A DNA stretch of 63,326 nucleotides, filler included, from Intoshia linei (taxonomy: Eukaryota > Animalia > Orthonectida): the NCBI GenBank assembly GCA_001642005.1. It is 8 parts of 8 records of this genome, joined end to end, with 100 filler letters (N's around TTAATTAATTAA, not from the genome) between each part and the next. Parts side by side here need not be neighbours in the genome. Positions count along the whole stretch, not along the records: positions 26,054 to 31,614 come from LWCA01001763.1; positions 31,715 to 41,636 come from LWCA01001325.1; 6 more parts are not named here. One strand, written 5' to 3'. Position 1 is the first letter of the stretch; each line of letters begins with the position of its first letter. The position numbers were made by a program, and so were the translations under genes. This document shows, piece by piece, positions 27,301 to 41,030 of this stretch. The notes beneath the pieces were generated by a model. The model was not told where the DNA came from and made no database searches. It was given only the letters and a program-made list of their open reading frames with translations.

Positions 27301-27972
27301 AAAAAAATTGATAAATATAGGCTGATAATATATTTATTATATATTATTAATAATATAAATAAATTATATTTGACTGGGAAAGCATAGATTTATGAGATTA
27401 AAATTTTGTATCTATATCAAATTGAATAAACTATAGGAATAATTTTTTTTATATTCTAGGATCCTTAATTATTTCAAATTTTTTGTTTTAATAAAATAGT
27501 TACGAATCAAAAAAAATATACCAAAGAACATTTTTGACAGTGAAGATCATCACTTTTTGAGATTAAAATTTTTTTATTAATTTATCCAAAAATAGATTAT
27601 ACTACAGGTTAAAATCATACCAGTTAAAGACATAATATTTAATTTTTATAATCCATTTAATATTAATATTTTTTATACACTCAAGTATAAAAATTTCCGT
27701 GCCTCGATGTCAAAAATTTAGCAATACCCCAATAAATGTGTGATGAACATATTAATGCGAATATAGATTATCCACTCCCCAAAGGTGGTAAATTTTTTGG
27801 ACGTAAAGATCTTATCAAAATGAAAATGTATATAAATATTTTAAAAAAATTAAAAAAAAAAATAAAAATACTTTAAACATTAGATATAATGGTTGTTATA
27901 CCCAGCAATGACAGTTAACACGTTTGAAATATCGGCAATGGCTAACCTACCGTACTCGGAAAGCTTCTACGA

Positions 27973-28400
27973 CAGTGCTTTCCAAATGGTGTGTCACCAA
28001 TTATCTCTAGATGTGTAACCAAACTTTTTAAAATTTGTGTGACCAATAAAATTTTTACATAACTAAAATAGTGTTATTTTTCACTAAATTTAATTAAATT
28101 CATCACCAAAATGATTATTTTACAGTCAAAATCAATAAATAAAATATCAAATACACCTTTTCATATCGTTTTTGAAATAATAATTTAAATCTCGTTTATA
28201 CAAATGTAATTTTTTTAATAATATAACATATATAATTATTTTTAATTTATAGTGGAGCAGTAATTTTATATTTATTTTGAGATTATTATTAGAAAAAATT
28301 TCGTTTCAACGACTTAATAATATATTTTTAGATCGATGTGTCGCAAAAAGTTTTCAGATTGAAATGTGTGTCGCCAACCAAAATGGGTTGGAAAGCACTG
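27973..28400. mobile_element. hAT (Buster-type) MITE
   Basis: CAGTGCTTTCCAA...TTGGAAAGCACTG; degenerate TSD TTCTACGA/CTTTACGA; body is an inverted, shortened version of 7476-8031. Confidence 0.85.
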
Positions 28401-28812
28401 CTTTACGAGATAAACCAAAATTTTTGTAAACTGAGGGCCTCATATTTGCAAATTGAGAAATTATATAGTATTAAATTAAAAAAAATATATTCTCGAATAT
28501 CATAACTAGTAAGTTTGTGTGTTAAATTTAAAATATAAAATTAAGAGCATTAGATAGGTGGCTAGGAGCTATATGGCACTACACATCGATTGTGAAAAAA
28601 ATTTTAGGTGCCTATTTTTCATTTTCAAATGGCTTCGAGCTGGCTGACTGTCACAATTAATTAATTACAATTTATAATCTTAAAAATGACTAAATCTTCA
28701 AAATATTGTAAATGTAAATCTTTAAGAGTTACTTGGAAACATTTATATTTGCTTTGAAAAGAAAATAGAGCGATTGCACAATTATGATTGAATGTGTCCA
28801 TAGAGTTTAGCA

Positions 28813-30656
28813 ATGTACAGAGGAAAAAAGAGACCAACTCTCAACCTATCCAACACAAATACAAACGTGTAATTCAAAATTTCACATATATTTATTAAAA
28901 TTATAGACGTAGAGACGCTGCAGAAAGAGTTGTGTAATTTTAATTTAATTTATCATACATAATTTACAAAAATATTCATTTTTGTTTTTAAATATTAATA
29001 TCTCGTCGTGAACCTTGTCATATGATGCCTTCTTTTAAGATTAAGTGAATTGTGCATTTAATTAAGTTTTAAAGTTAAAACCCCAAAAAGATGATTATAT
29101 CATCCATATTACATAGTATTGATTACCACTATCATCAATTAATCTCAATTGTCACGTATTAATAATATTGGGCCAATTATTGGCTATTATAATTGCAAAT
29201 TGGCAATTAATATAATTATTTACTTATTATAAGTCTTATACATTTAAATCAAAATTAGTGATTCTAAAGAAGAATCAACCGAGCTTGATCCAGTAACAAA
29301 CCTATTGAAAAGACTTAAAGATTTGGACATAGATGAAAGCCAGAAACAAAGTTTGGTTAATTTTATGACTGACAAGAAAAAATTGGGGATCTTATCATTA
29401 AAAGATTTCTCCCGTATTCATGAAATCGGATCTGGAAATGGTGGCGTCGTTTTCAAGGTTGAGCACAAACCGACTAAACTAATCACAGCCATAAAGGTAT
29501 AAAGTTGCATATTAAATTGAATTTTTAGACAATTTTACTGGACGTAAAACCTTCTGTCCGAAAAAATATTTTTCGGGAATTGAGTGTCCTCCATGAATGT
29601 AATTCGCCACATATTGTGGGATGGTATGGAGCCATTTACAATAGTGGTCAAATCAACATTATAATGGAATATATGGTATTAAACTGCATTTTTCTTAATT
29701 TACCAAATAAGTATTAAAAATTTAAATTAGGACTGTGGATCACTGGATTTAGTTTTAAAAAAATGTGGTCGATATCCCGAAAGTATAATTTCTATAATCT
29801 GTCTTGCTGTATTACGTGGTTTGCAATATTTACGTGAAAAACATAAAATTATGCATAGAGGTAAATAAGGATTGACCTGTCTCTAAATTTTTATAGACGT
29901 TAAACCCTCAAATGTCTTGTTAAATTCTTGTGGTGAAATTAAATTGTGCGATTTTGGTGTCAGCGCCCAATTGATTGATTCAAAAGCCAATTCATTTGTT
30001 GGAACGAGGTCCTACATGTCTGTATGTTATTTTGCTCTAGTTATTTGTGATTTTGAATATTTAGCCAGAAAGACTTCAAGGGTCGAACTATAGCGTCCAT
30101 TCCGACATTTGGAGCTTAGGAATATCTATAGTAGAGTTAGCCCTCGGAATTTTCCCCATACCATTTCCTTCAGATATCAAATATCCAAAATTTTTCGCAG
30201 AAAATCATTATAATCAACAGTATACAGCGGCAGAACAAGGCCTACCTTTGAAACGTACATTTCAAAATAAATTTTATTTTTTTCATGGATATTTTAGCTG
30301 TCGTAGACACATCGACAACACGTGAAAATATGGCTATTTTTGAATTGTTAGAGTGCATTGTTAATGAGGTATTTTTTAGTCTTAACCAATCCTTTCTATA
30401 TGCTTTATTTGGTAGCCCCCACCAAGTTTAAATCAAAATTATTTTACTAATGAATTTGTCAAATTTACCGAAATGTGCCTTACTAAAGAACCATCTGAAA
30501 GAGCCACCATCAACGCTTTATTGGTTTATTTTAATATTATTTCAATATTCAATAGTATTGTTAATTTCCATTTAGGAACACGAATTTCCAAATAATTCAG
30601 TAAATAATCCAATCAATATGAAAAATTGGGTAAATAAAATTTCTGAAACAAAATAA
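28813..30656 (+). CDS. MAP2K1: Dual-specificity MAP kinase kinase MEK1/2, complete, multi-exon
   Basis: N-terminal docking site [88 protein letters not shown]; 32-55 bp GT-AG introns plus one ~320-bp intron; stop at 30654-30656. Confidence 0.95.
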
Positions 30657-30751
30657 TTAATATTAAATATAAATTTTATTATCCAAAATTTTTGATTACT
30701 GTTCAAATAATACAAAACTGGGGCATTGAAAATTTTATATTTATTAATGAT

Positions 30752-30964
30752 TTATAGGACAATGGTTTTCATTTCTCTGTTATAATCTTCACATAAATCA
30801 TTATATAATTCTTTGTCGTAGTCTGAGAAATTTTCTACAAAATAAAAATTTAAATAGTATGGGCGGTTTAAAATATTTTTTAAAAAGTTTTTTAGTGTGT
30901 CAAGGAAATTGTATTGATATATTAATATGTAGTCATTCCTAATACCCGCTGCAACTATATACAT
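30752..30964 (-). CDS. Possible terminal exon of an unidentified gene converging on MEK
   Basis: 70-codon ORF with protein-like composition, ending ~100 bp from the MEK stop. No family recognised. Confidence 0.25.
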   Translation of the reverse strand: MYIVAAGIRNDYILIYQYNFLDTLKNFLKNILNRPYYLNFYFVENFSDYDKELYNDLCEDYNREMKTIVL

Positions 30965-32537
30965 CTTAACCTTGACATTTTACATAGGGATATCGATTTG
31001 CTGTATATTTTAACTAAACATTTCAAAAATAATGTTTAGGTCAGGGGTTCTCACACTTTTGTTACGGTGGACCGGTAATAAACTATAAAATCGTGGACCA
31101 TTAAAGCGAAATTACTAGACAAAATTAATACAATTTTGATTATAAACGTCATAAATTGACTTATAAGTAAAAATTTTTCACCGATTGGCATTTGCTGAAC
31201 GCTGGTTTAGATAATATTAAAATAGGTCTGACATTAATGGATTCAATCGAGCTGCAGTGGCTAAGGAATACTTATTTAAATAAGCCCAAAAATCCTACAA
31301 GTAAGTTGTACACAATTGCTCCATTACACTAAAATGTAGATTGAAAAAAATTAAATTACATTACATGTAATGTATATCATGGTTCCCAAAAAAAATAATG
31401 TCGACCCCCCACAGTATACAAATATACTTATAAATGTAATATACATAATCATATTTTCATAGTAATAACAAACAAATCAAAAACAGGTATGTCTCAATTT
31501 TTTTCGGAAAATCCCGGGAATTTTGTCCCGATTTTTTCCGATTTCCCGATACAATCACTAAGACGTACAATACACATTTTTTTTGAAATTGTAGGATCAA
31601 TATTTACATTTTCANNNNNNNNNNNNNNNNNNNNNNNNNNNNNNNNNNNNNNNNNNNNTTAATTAATTAANNNNNNNNNNNNNNNNNNNNNNNNNNNNNN
31701 NNNNNNNNNNNNNNAAAATTAAATTAAATTCGTAAAAATTATTCACTAACAATTGTTACATTGCAAATCTAAATTGCAAAACTATTTGTACTATTTTAAA
31801 TTTTCAGTAGATAAATTATGTACTAGCTATAGTTACACAGCAAATTGTAGTAAAAAAATTATCTACTAACGGTGCTTAACTCAGTCAAGTTGATCGTACA
31901 ATGTATATTATAATTATAAAATATTAATATTATTATACATATATATCTATTATTGTATATATTAAAATATTTAAATAAAGTTTATTAAAAAGTACTTAGT
32001 ACTTAAATTAGTTTTTTTGAATTTTATTAACGATTTAATTTATCGAATTCGGGCTAAATAGCCAATTAAAATTGTTTAAATTTTATTCAATTGCATAATA
32101 TGAATTCCATAAAATTCAAAACAATTGAGCTAGAAACAAATTTAAAAAAATAAACTGTATAACTAAACATGGAAATCAATACTATAAAGTCGGTACCACG
32201 TTTAAAAACTCAAACGCCAATTTTCGTGTTTTTTTATTTCACGATTATTTATTTATTGTAAATAAAATTTATTTCATTTCTCCATCGAAAATATGCAATA
32301 TTAATATTGATGTTTTAAATTTTTATAGATTTTTATTTTGTAAAACTTAGTATTGTACTAAGTTAGTAAAAAAACCTAATTTGGGTACACCAGTTCAAAT
32401 TGTGAATGGGTTAAAATTAAAAAAAAATTTAGCAAACAAATATAATCAATAACTGTCCAAATATAGTCTACAATAGTATATATACACAAAAGAAAAAATT
32501 ATTGATAATTAAATATGCGGTAATATTTTATTTTTAG

Positions 32538-35500
32538 CGTGTTCCCATTACAACGGTCACACGTCTAGAGAATATGGAAACATATATTTTTATTTAAAAT
32601 TTTTCATGATATTAGGTTGTAAAATTTTCCACATTGGGAGACGCTATATATAATAATTTATTAAAAAATAACTAAAACAAATTATACCCAATTATTTAAA
32701 TATTAATAGAAATTGATTAATAAGGTCTCACAAATAACACAAAGAGTTGTGGAATATCAAGATTTAATAGATTTATCAGATAACATCCAATTGAAGGTAA
32801 ATAAATGTATTTAATTTAAATCAAAATATTAAAAAGATGGATGGAAATATAACAATAGACTACAAATATTATGAAAAGGTATAATAAAAAATTGTTATAA
32901 ATAAAACGTACCTATATAGTTTGATGATAAAACAATTATCGAATCTATTAATGATGCAGTAAATGAATTATTGATTGCTAAATTTAAAAACGAAATTATA
33001 ACTAAATATATTGGACGTACTTAAATCTTTAAATTAACTATTTAATATTTAAAATTTTTATATTTTCGTTTTATCTAATTTCTATTTTTAGGATACATTA
33101 TGAATGATGTTGTAAGTCATTTTTCTCGAAAGATATTTATAAAAAACAACATGAAATTAATCGTTTTGTCATCGGTAAAATATTTGTTGAATTTTATTAA
33201 TTATGTATATTAGCCAAGGAAATATATCTTGCTTTTGATGTCTCTTTTAAAAATTTATAAACGTGTTCCAAACTACTCTTCCGCTTTAATTATAGAATTA
33301 CATAAAGACTCCTATATAAAAAGTTCCACTGAAGATGAATATTACGTCAAATTTTTCTATAGAGATACAAATCTGAAAAATTCGACAATTACGGAATATT
33401 TTATAGACGGTAAAATCAAAAGTATATCACACTGCAAAACTAAATTAAAAATCTAGTAATTGAGAATTATGAATTTAATAATAATTGTCACATACCAAGA
33501 TGTAACGCAGAGAGAGACGAATTTGAAAATGAACAACTTCCACCTGGACCATTAGTTGTTTTGAATAAAATAAAATGTCTCTCTCCTCTCATATTAGTAA
33601 CTTAGTAACGAATTACTATATTATCAATCAAATCATTTCATCTTGTGCATTTTAAAATCAATAACAGAAACTTCAAAATATATTTTTCTGTACATTAAAA
33701 TCTTTATTAATTGATTTATACTTAAATTAATAAACTCACATTACATCATTAATTTAAATTTAATTGACTCAATATGTATGTATGAAATGTATAATTAAGT
33801 GTGGGTGTTGAGACCATAAAATAAAAAGCATGACAACTTACCACAATATTGTTTTTGTAAAAAATAAAATTAAATTTAAATTTTTCTATACGATTTTTAA
33901 AAAGATATTTAAAATGATGAGCGCAACTTGGATAAGTATCATTAGATACTTTTAATTACAACATAGTGCTTCTATTTTAAAAATACACACATTGATTACT
34001 AACCGCCCACTCAATTCTAAAAATTTAAAAAAAATGTGACACCCTAAAGTATATATGTAAGAAAGTCAAGTTTGTATTAACATTTAAACATATAAATTTC
34101 ACATTTTGTTTATTTGTGTAGTGGTTTTGTATGCCATACATTGGAACCTCTCGCTAATATGGTATATTTTAAATTTGTGTTTAGATTGCCAATCACCCTG
34201 TTTTTTCTATAAATTCAAACGTTTATTTCAAAAACAATTGAATGTTTACAATATGTGCAAAAAACATACAGGTATGAATTGTATTAATTAGTATTTTGTA
34301 ATTTGTTTTATAAGAGAATTAAATTTGATATTTATTAATGATGACATTTAATTATTAAAATAAATCACAGGTGCTTAAAACATATGAACGCCCAAAATTG
34401 ATAAAATTTAATAATACAGCTACTGTTTATTATTGTATACACTGGTGACTCTCCAACTCGGGTTACTCGGGCAAAGTCCGAGTTGATATTTTTTGAAAAA
34501 ATAGAAAAATATTAAAAAAAATAAAATATTTAATATTTCCGAGTGTTAAATTTCTTAAAAATTGTTAAATTACTTTCTAATGTGTAAATATCAACACAAT
34601 TATATATTCAGAGTCTGAAATTCAAAAGATTATTTACTTGTAAGCGAAATATTTGCATAAATGGTTAAATCAATTTAAATACCTATAACTTTGGCATATT
34701 TAAATTTGCCTAGTAAATATATATAGATTAAATTTATATAGAGGTTAGTAACCGTTATATAAAAATAACATGAAAAATTATTTATATCTTAGTTACGTTA
34801 ATTTTAAACTTGTTCAGCTCGGGCAAATTTTAATTTGACTATAAATAGTAATAATCTATAGATTAAATTTATATAGCGGAGTACACTGTGGACTAGATGC
34901 ACTGCACCTGATAATTATGAGAAATTATTTATACATTGTATTGTCCTTTATTATGTCAATTTTAAATATCGTTACAAAAAATTTGAATCTTCATTTTCTA
35001 TATGTAATTGTCATTATTTTGATTTAATTCGTTATATTATTAATTAATTTTTTTCTTGTTGCGTTTACGGCGGTTGACACTACAGCTCGTGGAATTTTGC
35101 TACAATGTTCTTCCAACTTTTCTATCATTAGCTAAAAGTTCCAAATTTGTTGTATCAATGTCTTTTGATTAAAGTTCTTTTAGGACTTAGTTATACCAAG
35201 TGCAGATGGGTGCACCTCTTGGTCTGGTCTGGTTGCATCTGAGGATGGAGGTGAGATAGTAAAGCATATGTGTGGTGTTTTAGGTGATAAATGTATCCAA
35301 GAATTTTGACGAGTTATAAAATGAAGAAAACTGCACTGAAACTGTTTCCTTGTGGATATCCTGTATTTGTTACGAAAGGTTCACTAAAAGACTTACGCAT
35401 CTCAGTGTATTCAATATTTTCCAGGAGAATTTTCATAATGTGAAATTCATATTTTTCAACTATTCGTTTCAGATCTTCAATTAGGGTAGCTTGATAGATG

Positions 35501-38500
35501 GTGTCCTTTGATAAGGCCATGAGAAGAACATGAAATTCATAGTTGTTTGAGGTGATAGCTTTTTTCGCTAGTGATTTATAGGTGAAGACGTGTTCTGTTG
35601 TTGATCTGTTTCTCTGGTATGCGGCTTGCAACAGTGGTATATGTTGTTCTATTTTGGGACCTGTTCTACTTAACATAACGATTGCGAGTATCTTTCAAAG
35701 CAGTGATGAAAAGATTATTGGTCTAAGATGGGCACATGGGGCTGGTTTCTTGTTTGCTTTTTGTAGTGATATTAGGATTCCTATTTTAATTTTAATAGGG
35801 TAAAGTCCTGTTTCTGCAATTTCATTTAGGATGTTGGCAATGTAACTGTGGACTATAGGTGGATAGTGATGTAGGTATTCAGCTTAGATGTTGTCTATTC
35901 CTGCTGCTTTATTTAATTTTAGTTTGGAAATGGCTTTTCTAACTTCCTTTTCAGTGAAAGGTGTTGACATTTTACATGGCGGTGCTTGTAAAAGTACTTG
36001 TCCTGCAGGTTTATTGAAAACATCTTTGAAGAAATCTGCAATGATTTTAGTTTGCTCTTCTATGTTTGTGGTTAGACCTGATCCTGTGTCAACTAAGAGG
36101 GTGCTGAAATATCTTTTTTCTTGAGTATTTTTACAGCTTTGTACATCTTGGCTGACTCGTTGCTGGATTTATTTATTTCTTCTGTTTGTTTTATTATCGT
36201 GTCATATTTCTTAAGTTCTAATATCTGTTTAATTTGTTTTTGAATTTTATTTCTTTCAATTTTTAGTTCTTTACATTTAGTATTGTTCTTACTTGACATT
36301 TTGAAGTATGTTTGAAGTTGACGTTGTTTTCTTGATAATTCAACAATTTTAGGATTTGCACTGCGTTTGTTAGGTGTTATATGTCCTAAGACTTCGGTAG
36401 CTGTTTCAATTATATGTTTTGTGATGTTATTCCATTTGTCTTGAACATTTTCCGTAAGGTCGAGAGATTCTAGTTCAGTGTATAATCCACTTTTGAAACT
36501 TTCTGCAAAATCAAGTAGTTTTAATTTGTTAATGTCTATTGGTGGTAATTGTTTGTTGTAAATAGGACGTGGTAGTTTTCCTGATATAGTTGTAATGACT
36601 AGTCTATGATCTGTTTTGGTTTGCATACCAGTATAAGATCTTGAATCTTAAACTTGAGTGAGCTGACTTTATCGGAAGATGACGTAGTCTATTTGATTTC
36701 GTATATGTCTTTTTCTGATGTTACCATCATAATGTTTTGCAGTAGGATTTTCTGGGCTTTGCCATGTTACGTGTGCTAGTTTGTATTTAAATTTTGTGTT
36801 TGATAGAAAAAGTTTGTTTCGTTGACAAAAATTAAGAAGTTCATATCCATTTTCATTTACCCTTCCTTTGCCATATCGTCCCATGTTGTCGGGGAAACTT
36901 ATAAAAGCTGAACCTGTTTTGGTATTGATATGACTGCCTGTAATGATGATGTCTTTTGTCTTTACTGTTTTTAGAACTGATTCTAGTTTATCATAGAGGT
37001 CTTCACGTTTTTCTGGATGTTTTTTGCTTACCTCTAGCGTTGGAGCATATGCAGATATCAGTGTTATATTTTGATCATTGTTCATTTTGATAGTTAGTAA
37101 ACATATTCTCTTATCGACTGGGGTGAACCTTGCTTTACATGCTGAGCTGACTATTATTCCTACTCCTGCTTTTGTGTATGATGTAAGACCAGATGTGAAA
37201 TGTGTAAAACGTGATTTTACGTCTGAAGATTTGATGTTGTATACTTTGTTTCTGTTGTGCAGAAGGCGGCCATCTTGTATTGTTGCATGTCGTTTGCGAT
37301 ATATGTGTTCTTTTTAACCTTGTAGATTTAAAGTTTCAAATCTTATCTGATGTTTTGGAGCCATTAGATTATGCAAACTTCTTTAAAAGCATCCTTAAAA
37401 TCTTGCGGAACCTAGTTATTATGCTCTATGAATGGCTCTATTAATTAACAACAATACCAAAATTTTTTAGGAGTTTCGATAGGCATATGTATAAATAAAA
37501 TATAATATCTTGGAATTTAGTTTATATTATTATTATATTATATAAAAAATTTTTACTTGTAAATTTTTTATTGATATTTATTATTTTCAAATATAATTTA
37601 AAAAAAAATGTGTGGTTGTCATAGAAATTTTAGCCCGAGTGATCTCGATTAGTCAGAGTCGTCACTGATTCAGTATAACCCCGTTTTGGGACACTTTTTT
37701 TGAAAAAATCCCTAAATGCTAGTGTTATAAATTACAATAGCAACGCTATTCATGGAACTGCACGTTAATGATTGAAAATCTCTATATCCTAACTTATATA
37801 ATATGTGTTACGCGATTTTTGTTTGAGTGTCTGTCTGTCTGATTGTAGGTAAAAAAAGCACAGACAAAAACGGCACAACTTAAATAACTAGAATTACATA
37901 GCAATGAAAATACAATTGTATTACTATGATTACAAGTAGAGCTTGAGATTAAATTTACGGAATGACTGTATTATTAAAGATCTGCAAATTATGTTATCAT
38001 TTACTACTAATTAATTACTAATTACAAACATAATCTTATATTATAAGCCATTCCGCGTAGAAATTCACTTATTGTTTTTCTACCAAAATAGAGACCAATA
38101 ATTATAATAACCAATAATTAACACTTTTTAACTCTTTTTTCACTACAAAACATCATATATTGTGTATTTTTAATTAGAATTTATAATTGAATAGGATAAA
38201 AAAATATTTTCTGGTGTGAACACCATAGAACACCAATTTTTTTGTAATATGGTTTGTAGGTAAAAAATTAATCTTAATATTTCAGTTTTAACTTAGGTCG
38301 GTAGTGGATGAATTCTATAAAATCTAATAATAATAATAAGAATGAATCTAATATAGGTCAAATGTTAAGTGAAATTGCGTTATATCAGTGTAGTTTCAGT
38401 ATTTCTTTGTATTGTATTTTCATTGCTATGTAATTATAATTATTTAAGTTATGCCGTTTTTTTAAATTACCGTCTGTCTGTGTGTGTGACTTTATTGAAA

Positions 38501-39782
38501 TAACTACCACTCTTAGAATTTTTTAAAAGACCACATTTCAATTACAGTTTTTTCCGGGATGTATGATAAGATTAATTTCAACCTCATAAATTCAAATCTT
38601 ACGGGTCAAAAACCCCAAAAAGTCCCTCTTTTGTAAAATCAAACGAGTTGGAGAATTTAAAAAAATATATACACTGATGCGGATTTTAAAATCGTAAACA
38701 CTATCAATAAATTTAAATTTAAAAAAATTATATCTTCAGCGCCAAAACCACAAATTCCTATTTTTTTTATAACAGCCCTAGAATTTCAAATATTTCGATT
38801 AAAATCAAAAATTGAAAATGTAAATATTGATCCTACAATTTCAAAAAAAAGTGTGGATTGTACGTCTACACATTTCCAATAAAGACATGGGTGAAAATCT
38901 ATATAATTCATTCCTTCGGAATTGTTTTCATTGCTACGCAATTTTTAAATTTCAAAATTTCATTTTTTAAAATATTTTTATTAAAACATCAAATTTCAAT
39001 AAGAACTAAACAATGAAACTAAAAAAACTTTGTTAATATCATTTTTATATTACAATCCTTTGCAATAATGGTAAAATTCGACTGAAATGTTTCTAAAGAT
39101 AAGATTCAGTTAATTATTGATACACAATTGGTATTTTTAAGTATTTATTAAATTGGTACTGAATATATGACATCACATTGAAAATGACAAAATAAGTTTT
39201 AATAGATTTATTTTTTCTGGAATTTATGCTAAAATTTTTAGGATTGAACTGTTTTTACTTTATTTTTTATATATTATACACATTCTGTCTAATAAATTAA
39301 AAAAATGGGATAAAAATTGTTTTAAAAATGCTTTACGCAAACGTTAACAAACAAAAAATTAAGATGGAATAATTCACGTTAAAGTAAAATGTAATGTGAT
39401 ATGATGGTTCCATCTGAAACAAATTTGGGAACCACTCCTTTAAAGGATTGATAATAGTGAATAGTAGGATTTTTAAGTTAGATTTTCAACATGAATTTAT
39501 TTTTTTGGTATAATAAAAGAGTGCCCTCGACAGAGCTAAGTGCTGCTTGTACGTAGTACAAAACTGCCAAGCTAGTATATCTATATTTTGTCTAATTACA
39601 TTATGTACTTTTCTTTTATTTATTAAATTATTTTAGAATTCAGCATATTAGGCTTGTTTATCATTCTATTCATATTTATCTTAATAATAATTATTCTTTT
39701 ATTGTTGGTGGCAATCATTCATATTCGGTTGAAATATAGAAGATTTTTGTCTCACCACATAATACGAACTTCATCAATTTAA
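32538..39782 (+). CDS. Lysosomal/prostatic-type histidine acid phosphatase-like membrane protein (5' end uncertain)
   Basis: Exons give VPITTV (cf. IPVHTV), ITKYIG|GYIMNDV (cf. RLQGGVLL), KLIVLSS|PRKYILLLMSLL..PNYSSALIIELH..YYVKFFYR..ID|DCQSPC..YKF. A phase-matched last exon 39637-39782 has a long hydrophobic TM segment and a tail RLKYRRF. Confidence 0.65.
34440..37667. mobile_element. TIR element hosting the LINE
   Basis: Left cactggtgactctccaactcgggttactcgggc; right gcccgagtgatctcgattagtcagagtcgtcactg (imperfect inverted match). Confidence 0.5.
35048..37320 (-). mobile_element. RTE-like non-LTR retrotransposon, decayed (APE endonuclease + partial RT)
   Basis: ISAYAPT, GRYGKGRVNENG, RNQIDYV and TDHRLV (endonuclease); QAAYQRNRSTTEHVFT and GYPQG..S...F (RT); C-terminal RPRGAP..W / LANDR motif; A-rich 3' end near 35050. 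Confidence 0.85.
37787..39575 (+). mobile_element. Helitron, full-length, interrupted by a foldback insertion
   Basis: A|TCCTAACTTATATAA at 37787; body resumes at ~38471; hairpin and CTAG|T at 39572-39576. Confidence 0.8.
37848..38470. mobile_element. Foldback/MITE with ~70-bp TIRs inserted in the Helitron microsatellite
   Basis: aaaaacggcacaacttaaataactagaattacatagcaatgaaaatacaat versus attgtattttcattgctatgtaattataattatttaagttatgccgttttt. Confidence 0.7.
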
Positions 39783-41030
39783 TTTTGAATAAATGTATTA
39801 AATTTAATAATTACTTTAGAAACAAAAGTGAGACTATCATATGTCTAACTAAAAAATTACTAAATTTAATCCAATTTGAGATTAAATGTCTTTAATTTAT
39901 ATTAAACCTTACTATACATATTTATATTGAAAAATTTGTAAATTTAATGAAACTTTAAAAATTAAGATTTTAAAATAATCGTATATATTTTGTGGACACA
40001 TCGATGCAACATATGAATATGCAAATGCAGTACAATTTAACACAATTCAGTTGATTGACGGAATTGTTGAAAATATTAGTCTGACGAAAATGATTATTTT
40101 AAATATTAATATTCATTAAACGAATCTAAAAAATTAATAGAATAAATTTTAAATTAAACAATTCCCTTTGGTCTTACATGTTGATAATCAAATTAAGATC
40201 ATTGGTTCAAACTTTAAACTAAAATGTTTTGAAAGTATAAACGGAAATGTGTTTATTTCCAAACTTTGTAAAAAAGAAATTACAAAAACTAATTAAAAAT
40301 ATCCTTCTATTGGACAACCTATTTAATAAATAAAAGCCATAAATTATAATACGAATCAATTTTAGTGTATCAACTTGGATATATAATTTTAACTATAAAT
40401 TTGCATAATTGATTAATAGGTACGGTACACAGGTTCTCTCTGTATAGGACACCAGACTTTGAATTTATGTCAAATTTATCGATTGCGGATCAATTCATCC
40501 GCCAATAACCAAATTGATGAATTAATAAACAAAAGCACAGTGGCAATAAATGACGGCTATAATTATAAATAACATTGAAAGAAATTAAAGATTAAAATTA
40601 AAATCGATTAAATAGTGTAATATAACAATAATAATAATATATTGGCTATCAGTACAACAATTCATGTCGCACGGATTAAATTAAATAAAGAAATTCAGTG
40701 TGATACATATAAATTAATTCATGTTGATATAAAATTTCAAATGAAAAATTTAACATTCAACACTCGTAGTAAACGAAACCAACAATTGATCAGTTTAATT
40801 TTGATTCTCAAAATTTAATAAGCAATACATCAAGTTTTAGTTACATCTTTCCTAGAGTTGTAAGGCATCAGTAATGTATGCGTTTCTTGGAAATCGATGG
40901 ATTAAGTGTTAATTGTATTCGATAATGGTACTTAATTTCTAAAATTTAATAACAATTTGAGAAAATTGTAACAATTTCTCAGGATCTAAATTACATCTTA
41001 AGCACTCAAACCAGTTAAATTGTCTACTTG

